Shown piece after piece: positions 9,168 to 17,135 of a stretch of 62,872 nucleotides of DNA. The position numbers and the translations under genes were made by a program. Where the stretch lies: IMG/VR virus record IMGVR_UViG_3300037566_000044, positions 1 to 62,872 of that record; one strand, written 5' to 3'. The notes beneath the pieces are model-generated. The model had not been told where the DNA came from and ran no database searches. It was given only the letters and a program-made list of their open reading frames with translations. The DNA is from a virus. Taxonomy: Duplodnaviria > Caudoviricetes. Within the stretch, counting starts at the first letter, position 1; every line of letters starts with the position of its first letter.

Positions 9168-9442
9168 GCGACGAAACCAAATGCCTACTGATCGTGACAG
9201 ATCCGCGATGCTATGAAACGGCGTTCTTCGGCAGCGAAGGAGACTTTGGTGATCCGGACGAACCGGGCATCTCAGAGGTGGAACAGGCGCACCGCAAGTA
9301 TTCCCGGGTGCCATTGATCGACCGGGCAGAGATGAAGCTCAAGCGCCTCATGAGAGAGAATCCGAAGATCAAAAGAGCCGCAATCTTGGACGCAGATACA
9401 GGTGAAGTCCTGCGCATCTACGACGACACAAAGGTTGCATAA
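9164..9442 (+). CDS. Hypothetical protein
   Basis: Coupled ORF, last gene of the operon. Confidence 0.65.
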   Translation: MSDETKCLLIVTDPRCYETAFFGSEGDFGDPDEPGISEVEQAHRKYSRVPLIDRAEMKLKRLMRENPKIKRAAILDADTGEVLRIYDDTKVA

Positions 9443-9449
9443 GGTTGAC

Positions 9450-9602
9450 AAAGGTTTACATCCACCCCTCGCGGGATCGACGGATGTAAACCTTTCGACC
9501 TCAAAAACACCCCAAAATCAGGCCAAAGGTTTACACTAAGTTTACATTAAGTTGACAGATTTCGGCTCAAAACCAGTTTTTCAGACCAAAATGTAAACCT
9601 TT
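9450..9602. repeat. AAAGGTTTACA repeats including a perfect 14-bp inverted repeat
   Basis: AAAGGTTTACATCC 9450-9463 / GGATGTAAACCTTT 9482-9495; further copies at 9525 (+) and 9591 (-). Confidence 0.8.
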
Positions 9603-10215
9603 GAATCAGAGAAACCCAATAAAACATGGCTCTCTGAAAACAACACATCCGAACCAAGGCCAGAAAAGCGCACAGAGCGACGAAACACAGGCCAGACGAC
9701 ACCTGACACTCGTAAGAGAACGGATGCAACACAGGCCAGCGTAGAGAGCGTCTGAGCTAAAACCTCATAGAGAGCAAACACACAGGTCTAGGCCAGCAAA
9801 GCTATTGAGCTACTCCGGAGACGAAATACCGACGATTGCTCATAGAGCGGAAATAGACAGGTCTTTGCTTTAGTGATGAACACACCACAGAGACAGGCAC
9901 ACTAGAGAGAACCGCACATAGAGCACGACAAACAGGTGTGAGAGAGAAAGCCCCTGTAGAGAGCGTGTGTGCCTAGAGAGAAGAGGTGATCGTAGGAGGG
10001 AGTATCCAGGGCCGGCGCCCTATCCACATCCTTCTTTTCCCAGGCAACCCCACACCTCCCCTGCCCTTCCGAACCCGTCCAGATCCACTTCTAACCCTTT
10101 CAGCCCTGTGATATTCTGAAATTGTTGATGCGCTTGTCCGGAAGTGCTCTTGAGAGCCTCTATTGAGGACTTTCTCTGACGTTGCTGATCCTGGCCCGGA
10201 ATGCAGGTGACACTT

Positions 10216-10250
10216 GGGGCGGTTCTCTCACGAGGCCGCCTCTTTCTTTC
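10216..10250 (+). terminator. Intrinsic terminator within the non-coding region
   Basis: GGGGCGGT...GCCGCCTC followed by TTTCTTT. Confidence 0.55.
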
Positions 10251-10675
10251 CCGGAGCAGTATCGATCCTGAGCAGGAAAGAGGAGCTTTGCCTACTTTAT
10301 GTATAATATACCTAAGTAAGAGCTTATATATTAGTAGAGAGACGGCTTTGGGAGCTTAACGGAAAGAGGAAGTTCCGGGTCTGGAACCTCAATCCGGAAT
10401 GGATAGCCTTTTATTTCAACACCTTAGCAGGAATGGATGCACATCCGGGTAGGAATGGGCCTCGGTGTGGACGTGCCGTTTTATGGCGAATGAGGATGCG
10501 GAAAGGGTGCGGATCGGATGAGGGACCGGCCGGCCCGTTCGCCCTAACCCTCTGGAAAACCAGCCTAAATCCAGCATGTGCCTGCCGCAATCCATACCAG
10601 ACAAGCGTATCTTATGAATATGAGCAGCACTGGAGCTGGCTCAAACAGACACGCGACAGATGAAAGGATCGCACC

Positions 10676-11317
10676 ATGACCAAGAAATCGAACCCAGACC
10701 AGCAGAGCCTGATGGATATGGCAGCCGCGGTGAGCAAGGCACGCGCCGAAACACGGATGAACCACCTCAGCGATGGCTTTGAGGCCCGGGCAGTGTTTGA
10801 GGCCACGCACAAGCCCGCCAACACGTCGATCCAGGACAAGCTGAAGGCATATCGCAAAAAGCTGGTCGTGCCTGGGATTGCGGCCCTGACGCTGGCCGCT
10901 GACATGGACCCGAACTTCATGAACGGATCGAGCAACGGCTCCGGCGCACGGTTCAACGTCTACGCCATCGACAAGCTGGCGGATCTGCTGCACGGGCTCA
11001 ACTCCGGGCACATCAAGAACGCTGTGAACCGCTCGATCGTCGCCTCGCTCTTCCGGTGTGCGGATGCTGGCATCACATTCACCGGCATAGCGGCTCAGGC
11101 AGCCGTGTGTGGCACCATGAAGGTCGAGAAAGACCTGGCAGCCGCCCTGGTGCGTCACACAGCCTCTGAGAGCACCGCACCGACCCAGGCGAGCTCCACG
11201 ATGAATGCCCTGGCTGTGCTGGGCGCTGTGGCGAACAAAGGCACGCCGAAGCATCCGGTGTGGCAGCTGACCGACGCACCTGTTGTCGAGCGCCTCAAGG
11301 AGGTGATTGCGGCGTAA
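10676..11317 (+). CDS. Conserved hypothetical protein, distant paralog of 12742-13284
   Basis: AAGGA RBS, upstream promoter 10581, downstream hairpin. Confidence 0.8.
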   Translation: MTKKSNPDQQSLMDMAAAVSKARAETRMNHLSDGFEARAVFEATHKPANTSIQDKLKAYRKKLVVPGIAALTLAADMDPNFMNGSSNGSGARFNVYAIDKLADLLHGLNSGHIKNAVNRSIVASLFRCADAGITFTGIAAQAAVCGTMKVEKDLAAALVRHTASESTAPTQASSTMNALAVLGAVANKGTPKHPVWQLTDAPVVERLKEVIAA

Positions 11318-11402
11318 GGAACAAGGGGCGGCTCCCGCGGCCGCCTCTCACTCACCGGCCGACGCCAGAAGCAACCCGAGCGCGCGTCTGCTATATTGAA
11401 TT

Positions 11403-11601
11403 TACGAAAGAGAGTTGAACGCGAGACGCGCAACGCACGAACCCAGGAGCTGACTATGAAGAAACTGTAGCAAGGCAGTATAGGCCATAGACTGATGATC
11501 GCCGCTTAAATATCGAACCGTGCGCCCGACCTCAGAGTCCAATAGGGAAAGCCGGACACCCCAGAGCCAGGCCGGAAACCCGTGTGCCTGGCTTTTTCTT
11601 T
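11403..11601 (+). ncRNA. Candidate ~200-nt small RNA carrying a 4-codon minigene (MKKL, 11456-11470)
   Basis: Bounded by promoter 11365-11397 and terminator 11565-11601; no long credible ORF. Confidence 0.4.
11565..11601 (+). terminator. Intrinsic terminator
   Basis: AGCCAGGC/GCCTGGCT stem followed by TTTTCTTT. Confidence 0.65.
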
Positions 11602-11802
11602 GGGTCGAGCTCCGGGGTAGGAATGGCTTAGGATCAAGGGATCGACCGATGCAGGCCCAGGCAGACACACAGGCCCTCTGCCCCGGCCGCGGCCCGAGGA
11701 AAGGGTCATGCGCCCCGGGCCGGCGCATCCCGATCCGCGCCCTTTCCTCATCCGCTTTTCCGAGCAAAAGAGAAGGCGCGCATCGCACGCCCTCTCCGCT
11801 GC

Positions 11803-12072
11803 TCAGAACCGCAGAGCCCGAAGCTGCTGCTGATCGAGAATCCGATCGCTCTCATCCGCAATCCAACCTGCTGCCTCGTAGCGAATGTCCTCCGGAATTG
11901 AGAGCATCAGTTTCGCCACAACCGCGCTGCTCTTTGCCCGAAGCTCAGTGATTGCGTGATGCACCCGATCCGCGCAGCGCATGCTTGGAACCAGCGCCTC
12001 GTGATATGCGTTTGCTTCCGCCGCTTTCTTCATTGCGACGCGAACAGATGGGCAAAGTGTGTCGATATTCAT
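11803..12072 (-). CDS. Hypothetical protein
   Basis: GGAG RBS and TAATCT -10 upstream. Confidence 0.65.
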   Translation of the reverse strand: MNIDTLCPSVRVAMKKAAEANAYHEALVPSMRCADRVHHAITELRAKSSAVVAKLMLSIPEDIRYEAAGWIADESDRILDQQQLRALRF

Positions 12073-12134
12073 GAGATTTCTCCGTTTTATCTCGTTGCTG
12101 ATGTATTCAGATTATTAGCTAGATAGCTGGATAG

Positions 12135-12281
12135 CTATTGGCTTACGATGGTAAGCTGCTGGGCAGTCCAGAAGCCCTGCTCGATCGCTGCGGCGGCTGG
12201 GTCGACCACGGCTGCGTAAACCCAACCAACGGTCAGTGCGACGGCGGCGATGAAGAAGGCGTTTTCCAGTGTCTTGAGCAT
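12135..12281 (-). CDS. Small membrane protein (48 aa)
   Basis: MLKTLENAFFIAAVALTVGWVYAAVV...; GGAG RBS; promoter copy 12310-12342. Confidence 0.6.
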   Translation of the reverse strand: MLKTLENAFFIAAVALTVGWVYAAVVDPAAAAIEQGFWTAQQLTIVSQ

Positions 12282-12479
12282 GTCTGATCTCCAATCTTGC
12301 TACACAGACAGAGTCGCATGCTCAGCGATGGGTTACGGCTGGTGAGTGATGGCTCTCAGAGGCGCTCAGAGGGGCGCAGGAGACGCGGAGAGACGGTTCC
12401 GGGGTAGGAATGGCTTAGGTTTGCGGGATCGCCCGATGGGCACCCTGCCCTGCCCCTCTTTAAGGGGCCAGCGCACACC

Positions 12480-12510
12480 AAAAAGGGCTGCACGGTGGCA
12501 GCCCTTGTTT
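12480..12510 (-). terminator. Intrinsic terminator, possibly bidirectional
   Basis: AAGGGCTGC/GCAGCCCTT stem flanked by A and T runs. Confidence 0.6.
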
Positions 12511-12741
12511 GGGTGGTCTGAATCTGTGGTTAGGCCGGCACCTCCTGGAATGTGATGGGTGCGTGGACGACCTCTGGCTCCACCTCCGGATGGTTCGAGA
12601 TAAAGGCCAGGACGAAAAGAAGCAGGTGCCACATGGTGGTGTTCCGGATATTTGGAATGGAAAGGAAGAATGGAGGCGCCGCCAGGGACGCCCCGGTGGG
12701 CAGGTGGTGCTACCTAGCTTTTTAGCTAGGTAGCTATCTGC

Positions 12742-13284
12742 TTAGACCGTTACTTGCGCGAAACGATCCTTGAACATTTGAGTGAGCGGCGTGTCCTTGA
12801 TCTGGAACACGTTGCGCGCGACCTCTTGCGCAATGCCCAAGGTCTTGATCACGTCAATACACTGTTGGACCTGCGCAGTGGCGGAGATTTTGTTCTGACG
12901 CTGGAACACAATGTGTTCGCGATCCTTTGCGACTTTCGCGTCCGCGAGAATTGCGCTTTCGATATCCGCTTTTGTCAGGTGCTCGTCGTGCTCCATTGCG
13001 TTAAGCGCCGACTTGATCACCGCGAAAGTGTTTTTCTCAAGGTCTGCAACGCTCAGCACGTCGCGCGTCACCTCATAAACAACCTTTACGCATTTCTCGG
13101 TCGCATACAAAGCGCGAGCGTTGAAACGTGCTGGGTCAACATTGTTCTCTGTCAGAGTGTCAACCACGCGCGCGTCGTTTGCGAGCAAGATCAGCTTTTG
13201 GATCTTTTTCTTGTTGGACGCGTTGTATTCTTTCTCTTCCGAGAGTTTCACGATTGCAGCTTTGAATTTGTTTGCTTTAGCCAT
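12742..13284 (-). CDS. Conserved hypothetical protein, distant paralog of 10676-11317
   Basis: TTTACT-17-TAATCT promoter overlapped by operator 13359. Confidence 0.8.
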   Translation of the reverse strand: MAKANKFKAAIVKLSEEKEYNASNKKKIQKLILLANDARVVDTLTENNVDPARFNARALYATEKCVKVVYEVTRDVLSVADLEKNTFAVIKSALNAMEHDEHLTKADIESAILADAKVAKDREHIVFQRQNKISATAQVQQCIDVIKTLGIAQEVARNVFQIKDTPLTQMFKDRFAQVTV

Positions 13285-13839
13285 TGTCTTGTCTTTCTCT
13301 TTTGTGCGTTGCGTTGTCAGCGTTTCGTCGCTGATGAGATGAGATTACGTCCAGTAGATAAGTAAGTAAAGACTTATCCCACGGGTTTTGTGTTTTTTTT
13401 CAGGGGTTTAGCAGAATATTTGTGTAGCTCGGTAGAGCCAGCGGGACCGACGGTGAGCGCTCCAAGAGGGTTCAGCTATGTCCACTCAGATGAATGCGTT
13501 AGAGCTCTGAGGGACCACCCCAGCGCTCCGGGTGAGCTATAAAATGTGAAGTCCTAGAATTTCCGCGAAAAGCTTAGGGGGATGCCTTCTGGCTCGCCGA
13601 CGCTTCCCCGGACCAATGCTCCCATACGCTAAACCGTAAAAACCGGAGATATACTCTCCAGCGTAAACCCCATTCCCCGGCACCCCGCTACCCGGAACCC
13701 AACACCCTACCCCGTTTTGATAGCTCGGTAGCTGGATAGCCATTTAGCTATTGACGGATATCGCCTGTCTCACGTATAAGCGCCGCCATGACACGCATGA
13801 CCTCGATAAGAACCAACAGGTATCGCAGCTCCTAACTCT

Positions 13840-13925
13840 GGGGCGGCTCTCCTATTGGCGAAGGTCAGAGACTGTAAATCTCCCGCTGCAAAGCTGTGTC
13901 GGTTCGACTCCGACCCTCCCCACCA
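13840..13925 (+). tRNA. tRNA-Tyr(GTA), atypical
   Basis: GAGA-CTGTAAA-TCTC anticodon arm, long variable arm, GGTTCGACTCC T-arm, encoded CCA; C-U mismatch in the acceptor stem and C at position 8. Confidence 0.8.
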
Positions 13926-13933
13926 TACCATTC

Positions 13934-14010
13934 GCAGATGTGGCTCAACTGGACAGAGCAGCTGACTTCTACTCAGCCGGTTGCAGGTTCGAATCCTGCC
14001 ATCTGCGCCA
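13934..14010 (+). tRNA. tRNA-Arg(TCT)
   Basis: GCAGATG/CATCTGC acceptor stem, GCTGA-CTTCTAC-TCAGC anticodon arm, GGTTCGAATCC, CCA. Confidence 0.95.
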
Positions 14011-14139
14011 AATCCCCAGCCAGATAAGGGTTTGGCTCAATCCTCCTATAGCTAGGTAGCTACATACGCATAAGTAAGCATTGACTTACTATTAGGCGGA
14101 GGTTAGGTTTTTCGTCATACCGCAACCCGTGAGGATCTC

Positions 14140-14421
14140 ATGCCCAACCCGCTGCCCGTCAAGGGCTACACTGCTCAGACCGAAGACAAGATCGTTCTGG
14201 TGGATCAGAGCAAAATGATCGAGGAGCTGGCCCTACGCCAGGTCGATCGCCACGTCGCAATGGAAAATGTGGATCAGCGCTTTGTCGCATTGGCGCGCAC
14301 GCACCTGCAGGAGGCGTTCATGTGCCTCAATCGCGCGGTGTTTCAGCCCCAGCGACTGGACGACAGCCAAATGAATGGCGCCGAAGATCTGGCGAATTAC
14401 CTGCTGGGAGGGATCAAATGA
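14140..14421 (+). CDS. acb2: Acb2-like cyclic-oligonucleotide sponge (anti-CBASS)
   Basis: VKGY...I......K and R..A.A.T.LQ..FM...RA..QP pattern in a ~90 aa helical protein. Confidence 0.7.
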   Translation: MPNPLPVKGYTAQTEDKIVLVDQSKMIEELALRQVDRHVAMENVDQRFVALARTHLQEAFMCLNRAVFQPQRLDDSQMNGAEDLANYLLGGIK

Positions 14422-14765
14422 GCTTCCTAGACCGGGCAAAACGGGCCGCACAGGGCGCTAAAGGGGTTTTGAGCGATAGTGCCGCTCTGGTGGCACAAGC
14501 GGCCTCTGAGGGCTCTCAGATCGTCTCTGAGAAGGTAGATCACATCCGAGAAGAGGTCGCGATCACCATCGAAGCGCGCAAATTGGAGCCCCTACCGCAT
14601 GCGCTGAAGTTCTTTCTGGACAACGAAACGGCCCGGGTGATGCTCGCTGATGCGATTGCCTCGGCTGAAGGCGAAGCCAGCGAAGAAACATCCTGGGACG
14701 ACATTCTCAAGGCCGCGCTGCTCGACCTGGCTGGCACTCCGTTGGGAGAAATGCCGCGTGAGTAG
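14418..14765 (+). CDS. Hypothetical protein
   Basis: ATGA-coupled start at 14418. Confidence 0.65.
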   Translation: MSFLDRAKRAAQGAKGVLSDSAALVAQAASEGSQIVSEKVDHIREEVAITIEARKLEPLPHALKFFLDNETARVMLADAIASAEGEASEETSWDDILKAALLDLAGTPLGEMPRE

Positions 14766-15099
14766 CATCGAAACCATTGCCCGCCTGGCGCATGAGGTAA
14801 ACCGCATCTACTGCGAAAGCCTTGGCGATACCAGCCAGCTCCCCTGGGACGAAGCGCCCGAGTGGCAGCAACGCTCAGTCCGGAGCGGTGTCATCCACCT
14901 GCTGACGCACAAGGATGCGACCCCGGAAGACAGCCATGCGAACTGGCTCAAGGACAAGGAGGCTGAGGGCTGGAGCTATGGCCCGGTCAAGAACGAGCTG
15001 TTCAAGACCCATCCGTGCTTGGTGCCTTACGCGGAGCTGCCCGAGCAGCAACGCTACAAGGACGCCCTCTTCCACACCATCGTCCGGAGCCTGGCCTGA
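14758..15099 (+). CDS. RyR-domain protein
   Basis: H..W...K..EGWSYGP.K....KTHPCLVPY.ELPE..R.KD motif. Confidence 0.85.
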   Translation: MSSIETIARLAHEVNRIYCESLGDTSQLPWDEAPEWQQRSVRSGVIHLLTHKDATPEDSHANWLKDKEAEGWSYGPVKNELFKTHPCLVPYAELPEQQRYKDALFHTIVRSLA

Positions 15100-15150
15100 T
15101 CTGGCTATTTAGCTAGATAGCCAACTGGATATCTGAGGAAATAAAGGCAA

Positions 15151-15627
15151 ATGACCACAATCGTCTATCGGGATGGAAAGCTGGCCGCAGATACTCGCGC
15201 TTACTCTGCTGGCCCGACACCAATCGGTATGAAGACCAAGATCGCCAGGCTTGGTGACGGCACACTGGTTGGTGTCTCGACCACTGAGCCCGGTATTGGC
15301 GAAGCTGTCATCGGTATTCTGGCTGAGCATCGGAACATGCACGAGGCGCGCGACGAACTTCTGGCGCTCGGCGACAAGCTGAAACTGCAGGCCCTGGTGA
15401 TCCGACCGAATGGCCATGTGTATTACCTCAGCGACAGCCCGTATCCGTCCGGGCCGCTCCGGGGCGCGTTCTTCGCTATCGGCTCAGGCTCGGAATATGC
15501 GATCGGCGCGCTCTCAGCCGGCGCAGGCGCTGAAGAAGCGGTTCGTATCGCGGCCGAGCACGATGCCTGGACAAATGCCGAGATCGAAATCCTCGAAATC
15601 CAAGAAACTAAGGAAAAGGCTGCATAG
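15151..15627 (+). CDS. Ntn-hydrolase, HslV/proteasome-beta-like protease
   Basis: N-terminal (M)TT...AAD.R, K and AIGSGS..A.GAL motifs. Confidence 0.75.
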   Translation: MTTIVYRDGKLAADTRAYSAGPTPIGMKTKIARLGDGTLVGVSTTEPGIGEAVIGILAEHRNMHEARDELLALGDKLKLQALVIRPNGHVYYLSDSPYPSGPLRGAFFAIGSGSEYAIGALSAGAGAEEAVRIAAEHDAWTNAEIEILEIQETKEKAA

Positions 15628-15663
15628 CTATCTGGCTATGCAGCTACCAAGCTAGAAAGGGAA

Positions 15664-15822
15664 ATGCCTATGTTTGAACGCGAAGCACGCCTGGAGACCA
15701 AATTCTCAATCGTGGTGTCCACGATCATCTTATCCATGCTTCTGGCGTTGGGTGTCGCGCGCATCGTGCATTCCCAGCCGGCCGTGATCCCAACCCAGGC
15801 TACAGAGGAGATGCTGAATTGA
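15664..15822 (+). CDS. Small membrane protein (52 aa)
   Basis: RBS; hydrophobic stretch FSIVVSTIILSMLLALGVA. Confidence 0.5.
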   Translation: MPMFEREARLETKFSIVVSTIILSMLLALGVARIVHSQPAVIPTQATEEMLN

Positions 15823-16118
15823 TCTGGTGGTGGTTCTTTCGATACTGGATCTGGAACATCCTGATTTGGATCGATCAGGGCGGGAATGTCATTTTCCTGT
15901 TCGGTGATCCGGATGAGACGATCAGTTCGAACACTGCAAAGCGCGCCCATAAGCGCGGCTGGAAGCAATTAGGGCGGTTCTTGGAATGGATCGACCCGGG
16001 GCACCTGGATAAATCGCTTGAAGCGGACGAGGGGCGTTACAGCGCCATGAACCGTGCCAAGCGTAAGGTTGCTGAAATCGACGCTCAGAAAATGGCAAGG
16101 GAGCCACCCGGCGGGTAA
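15819..16118 (+). CDS. Conserved phage membrane-associated protein
   Basis: IDQ..N....GDPDETISS motif. Confidence 0.65.
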   Translation: MIWWWFFRYWIWNILIWIDQGGNVIFLFGDPDETISSNTAKRAHKRGWKQLGRFLEWIDPGHLDKSLEADEGRYSAMNRAKRKVAEIDAQKMAREPPGG

Positions 16119-16170
16119 CTCCCATTAGTTGCTTCCACCAATATAGCCATGTAGCCATCTAGCTACATGG

Positions 16171-16422
16171 CTATTTCTTTGCTTCCTGTTCACGTTTCCA
16201 GGCGGCAAAGCATTCGAACAGAAATTCCTTCATGCTGCCGTAGCCGTGGATGATCGAGGTGGTCTTGAACTCCGTATGCCAGTCCTTTGGCATGTTGAAG
16301 GTCATCGGAACCTCTTTCTTTTCCTTCATATTGTTGGCCGGCTGCACCGCCTTGGTGTCCGGCAGGAAGCTCTTCTGCTTTGGGGGTGGCACAGCGGCAC
16401 GGGTCTTCTTTGCTTGGGTCAT
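16171..16422 (-). CDS. Small partition adaptor (ribbon-helix-helix, ParG-like)
   Basis: Coupled downstream of parA; flexible N-terminus then MTFNMP..WH..FK...SMKEFL RHH pattern. Confidence 0.75.
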   Translation of the reverse strand: MTQAKKTRAAVPPPKQKSFLPDTKAVQPANNMKEKKEVPMTFNMPKDWHTEFKTTSIIHGYGSMKEFLFECFAAWKREQEAKK

Positions 16423-17066
16423 GCTGCGCGCTCCTGCACTTGGTTGACGAACTCTACGATCTCCGCGGCCAGAAGATCCGCGCGCTCAGCCAGCTTACCG
16501 ACGTGATCTGCGACCTCTGAGATCGCCTGACCGTGGTTCTGGGCGCGCTGATAGCTGTTCTTGGCCACAATGTCCTGATCGGCCACTGCGAAGCCGTCCA
16601 GGTATTCACGCGCCTCCCGGAGCGCAACCTGGCTGTCGTCGGTCTTGTTGAGCACGAAGAGTATCCGACCGGCGTCAACGCCTTTTGACGCGAGCTCCTT
16701 TGCAAAGGCAAGCTGCGGCTCCAGGTCATCGAGCGCCAGGCCGGTGGGGAGTATAACCAGATCCGAAACCTTGGCGATGTCCAGGCTGGACTGGTCAGAG
16801 TCCGGGCGGCCATCCGCGACCACCAGGTTGTAATCTTCGCGGCGCAGGCGGGTAGGGGAGATGAACGCCTCTGCGTCGATCTTCGGCTCTATGCCCTTTT
16901 CAGCGCGACTTCTGGCCCATTTCTGAGATGTGAGCTGGGTTGTGTTGAAATCGCATATTTTCACCGTCCAGCCAGCGGAGGCGTAGGTTCGCGCAACCAG
17001 TCGAGCGACCGTGCTCTTACCAACGCCGCCCTTTTGGCTCAGGCATGCGATAACGAGATCTGCCAT
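16419..17066 (-). CDS. parA: ParA partition ATPase (type Ib)
   Basis: KGGVGKST deviant Walker A; short, no N-terminal HTH. Confidence 0.92.
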   Translation of the reverse strand: MADLVIACLSQKGGVGKSTVARLVARTYASAGWTVKICDFNTTQLTSQKWARSRAEKGIEPKIDAEAFISPTRLRREDYNLVVADGRPDSDQSSLDIAKVSDLVILPTGLALDDLEPQLAFAKELASKGVDAGRILFVLNKTDDSQVALREAREYLDGFAVADQDIVAKNSYQRAQNHGQAISEVADHVGKLAERADLLAAEIVEFVNQVQERAA

Positions 17067-17135
17067 TGGTGCCTCATGTAGCTATTTGTTGTTATAGCTA
17101 CATGGCTACACCATTAGATATGGATTCGTCCAGTT

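Larger units (their letters stand above)
11611..12419 (+). repeat. 22-bp perfect direct repeat TCCGGGGTAGGAATGGCTTAGG (11611-11632 and 12398-12419)
   Basis: Exact match extending imperfectly to about 41 bp; partial copy at 10444. Confidence 0.85.

Noticed and set aside
9450-9495. Protelomerase (telRL) site of a linear plasmid prophage
   Set aside because: The arms are separated by an 18-bp non-palindromic spacer and no protelomerase gene is in the window
11492-11520. Hammerhead ribozyme (CTGATGA core)
   Set aside because: No properly closed stem II followed by GAAA; at 13321-13338 the CTGATGAG and GAAAC elements are on opposite strands
13840-14010. tRNA as attB marking a prophage boundary
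   Set aside because: Phage-specific motifs continue on both sides; no integrase or duplicated tRNA 3' end seen
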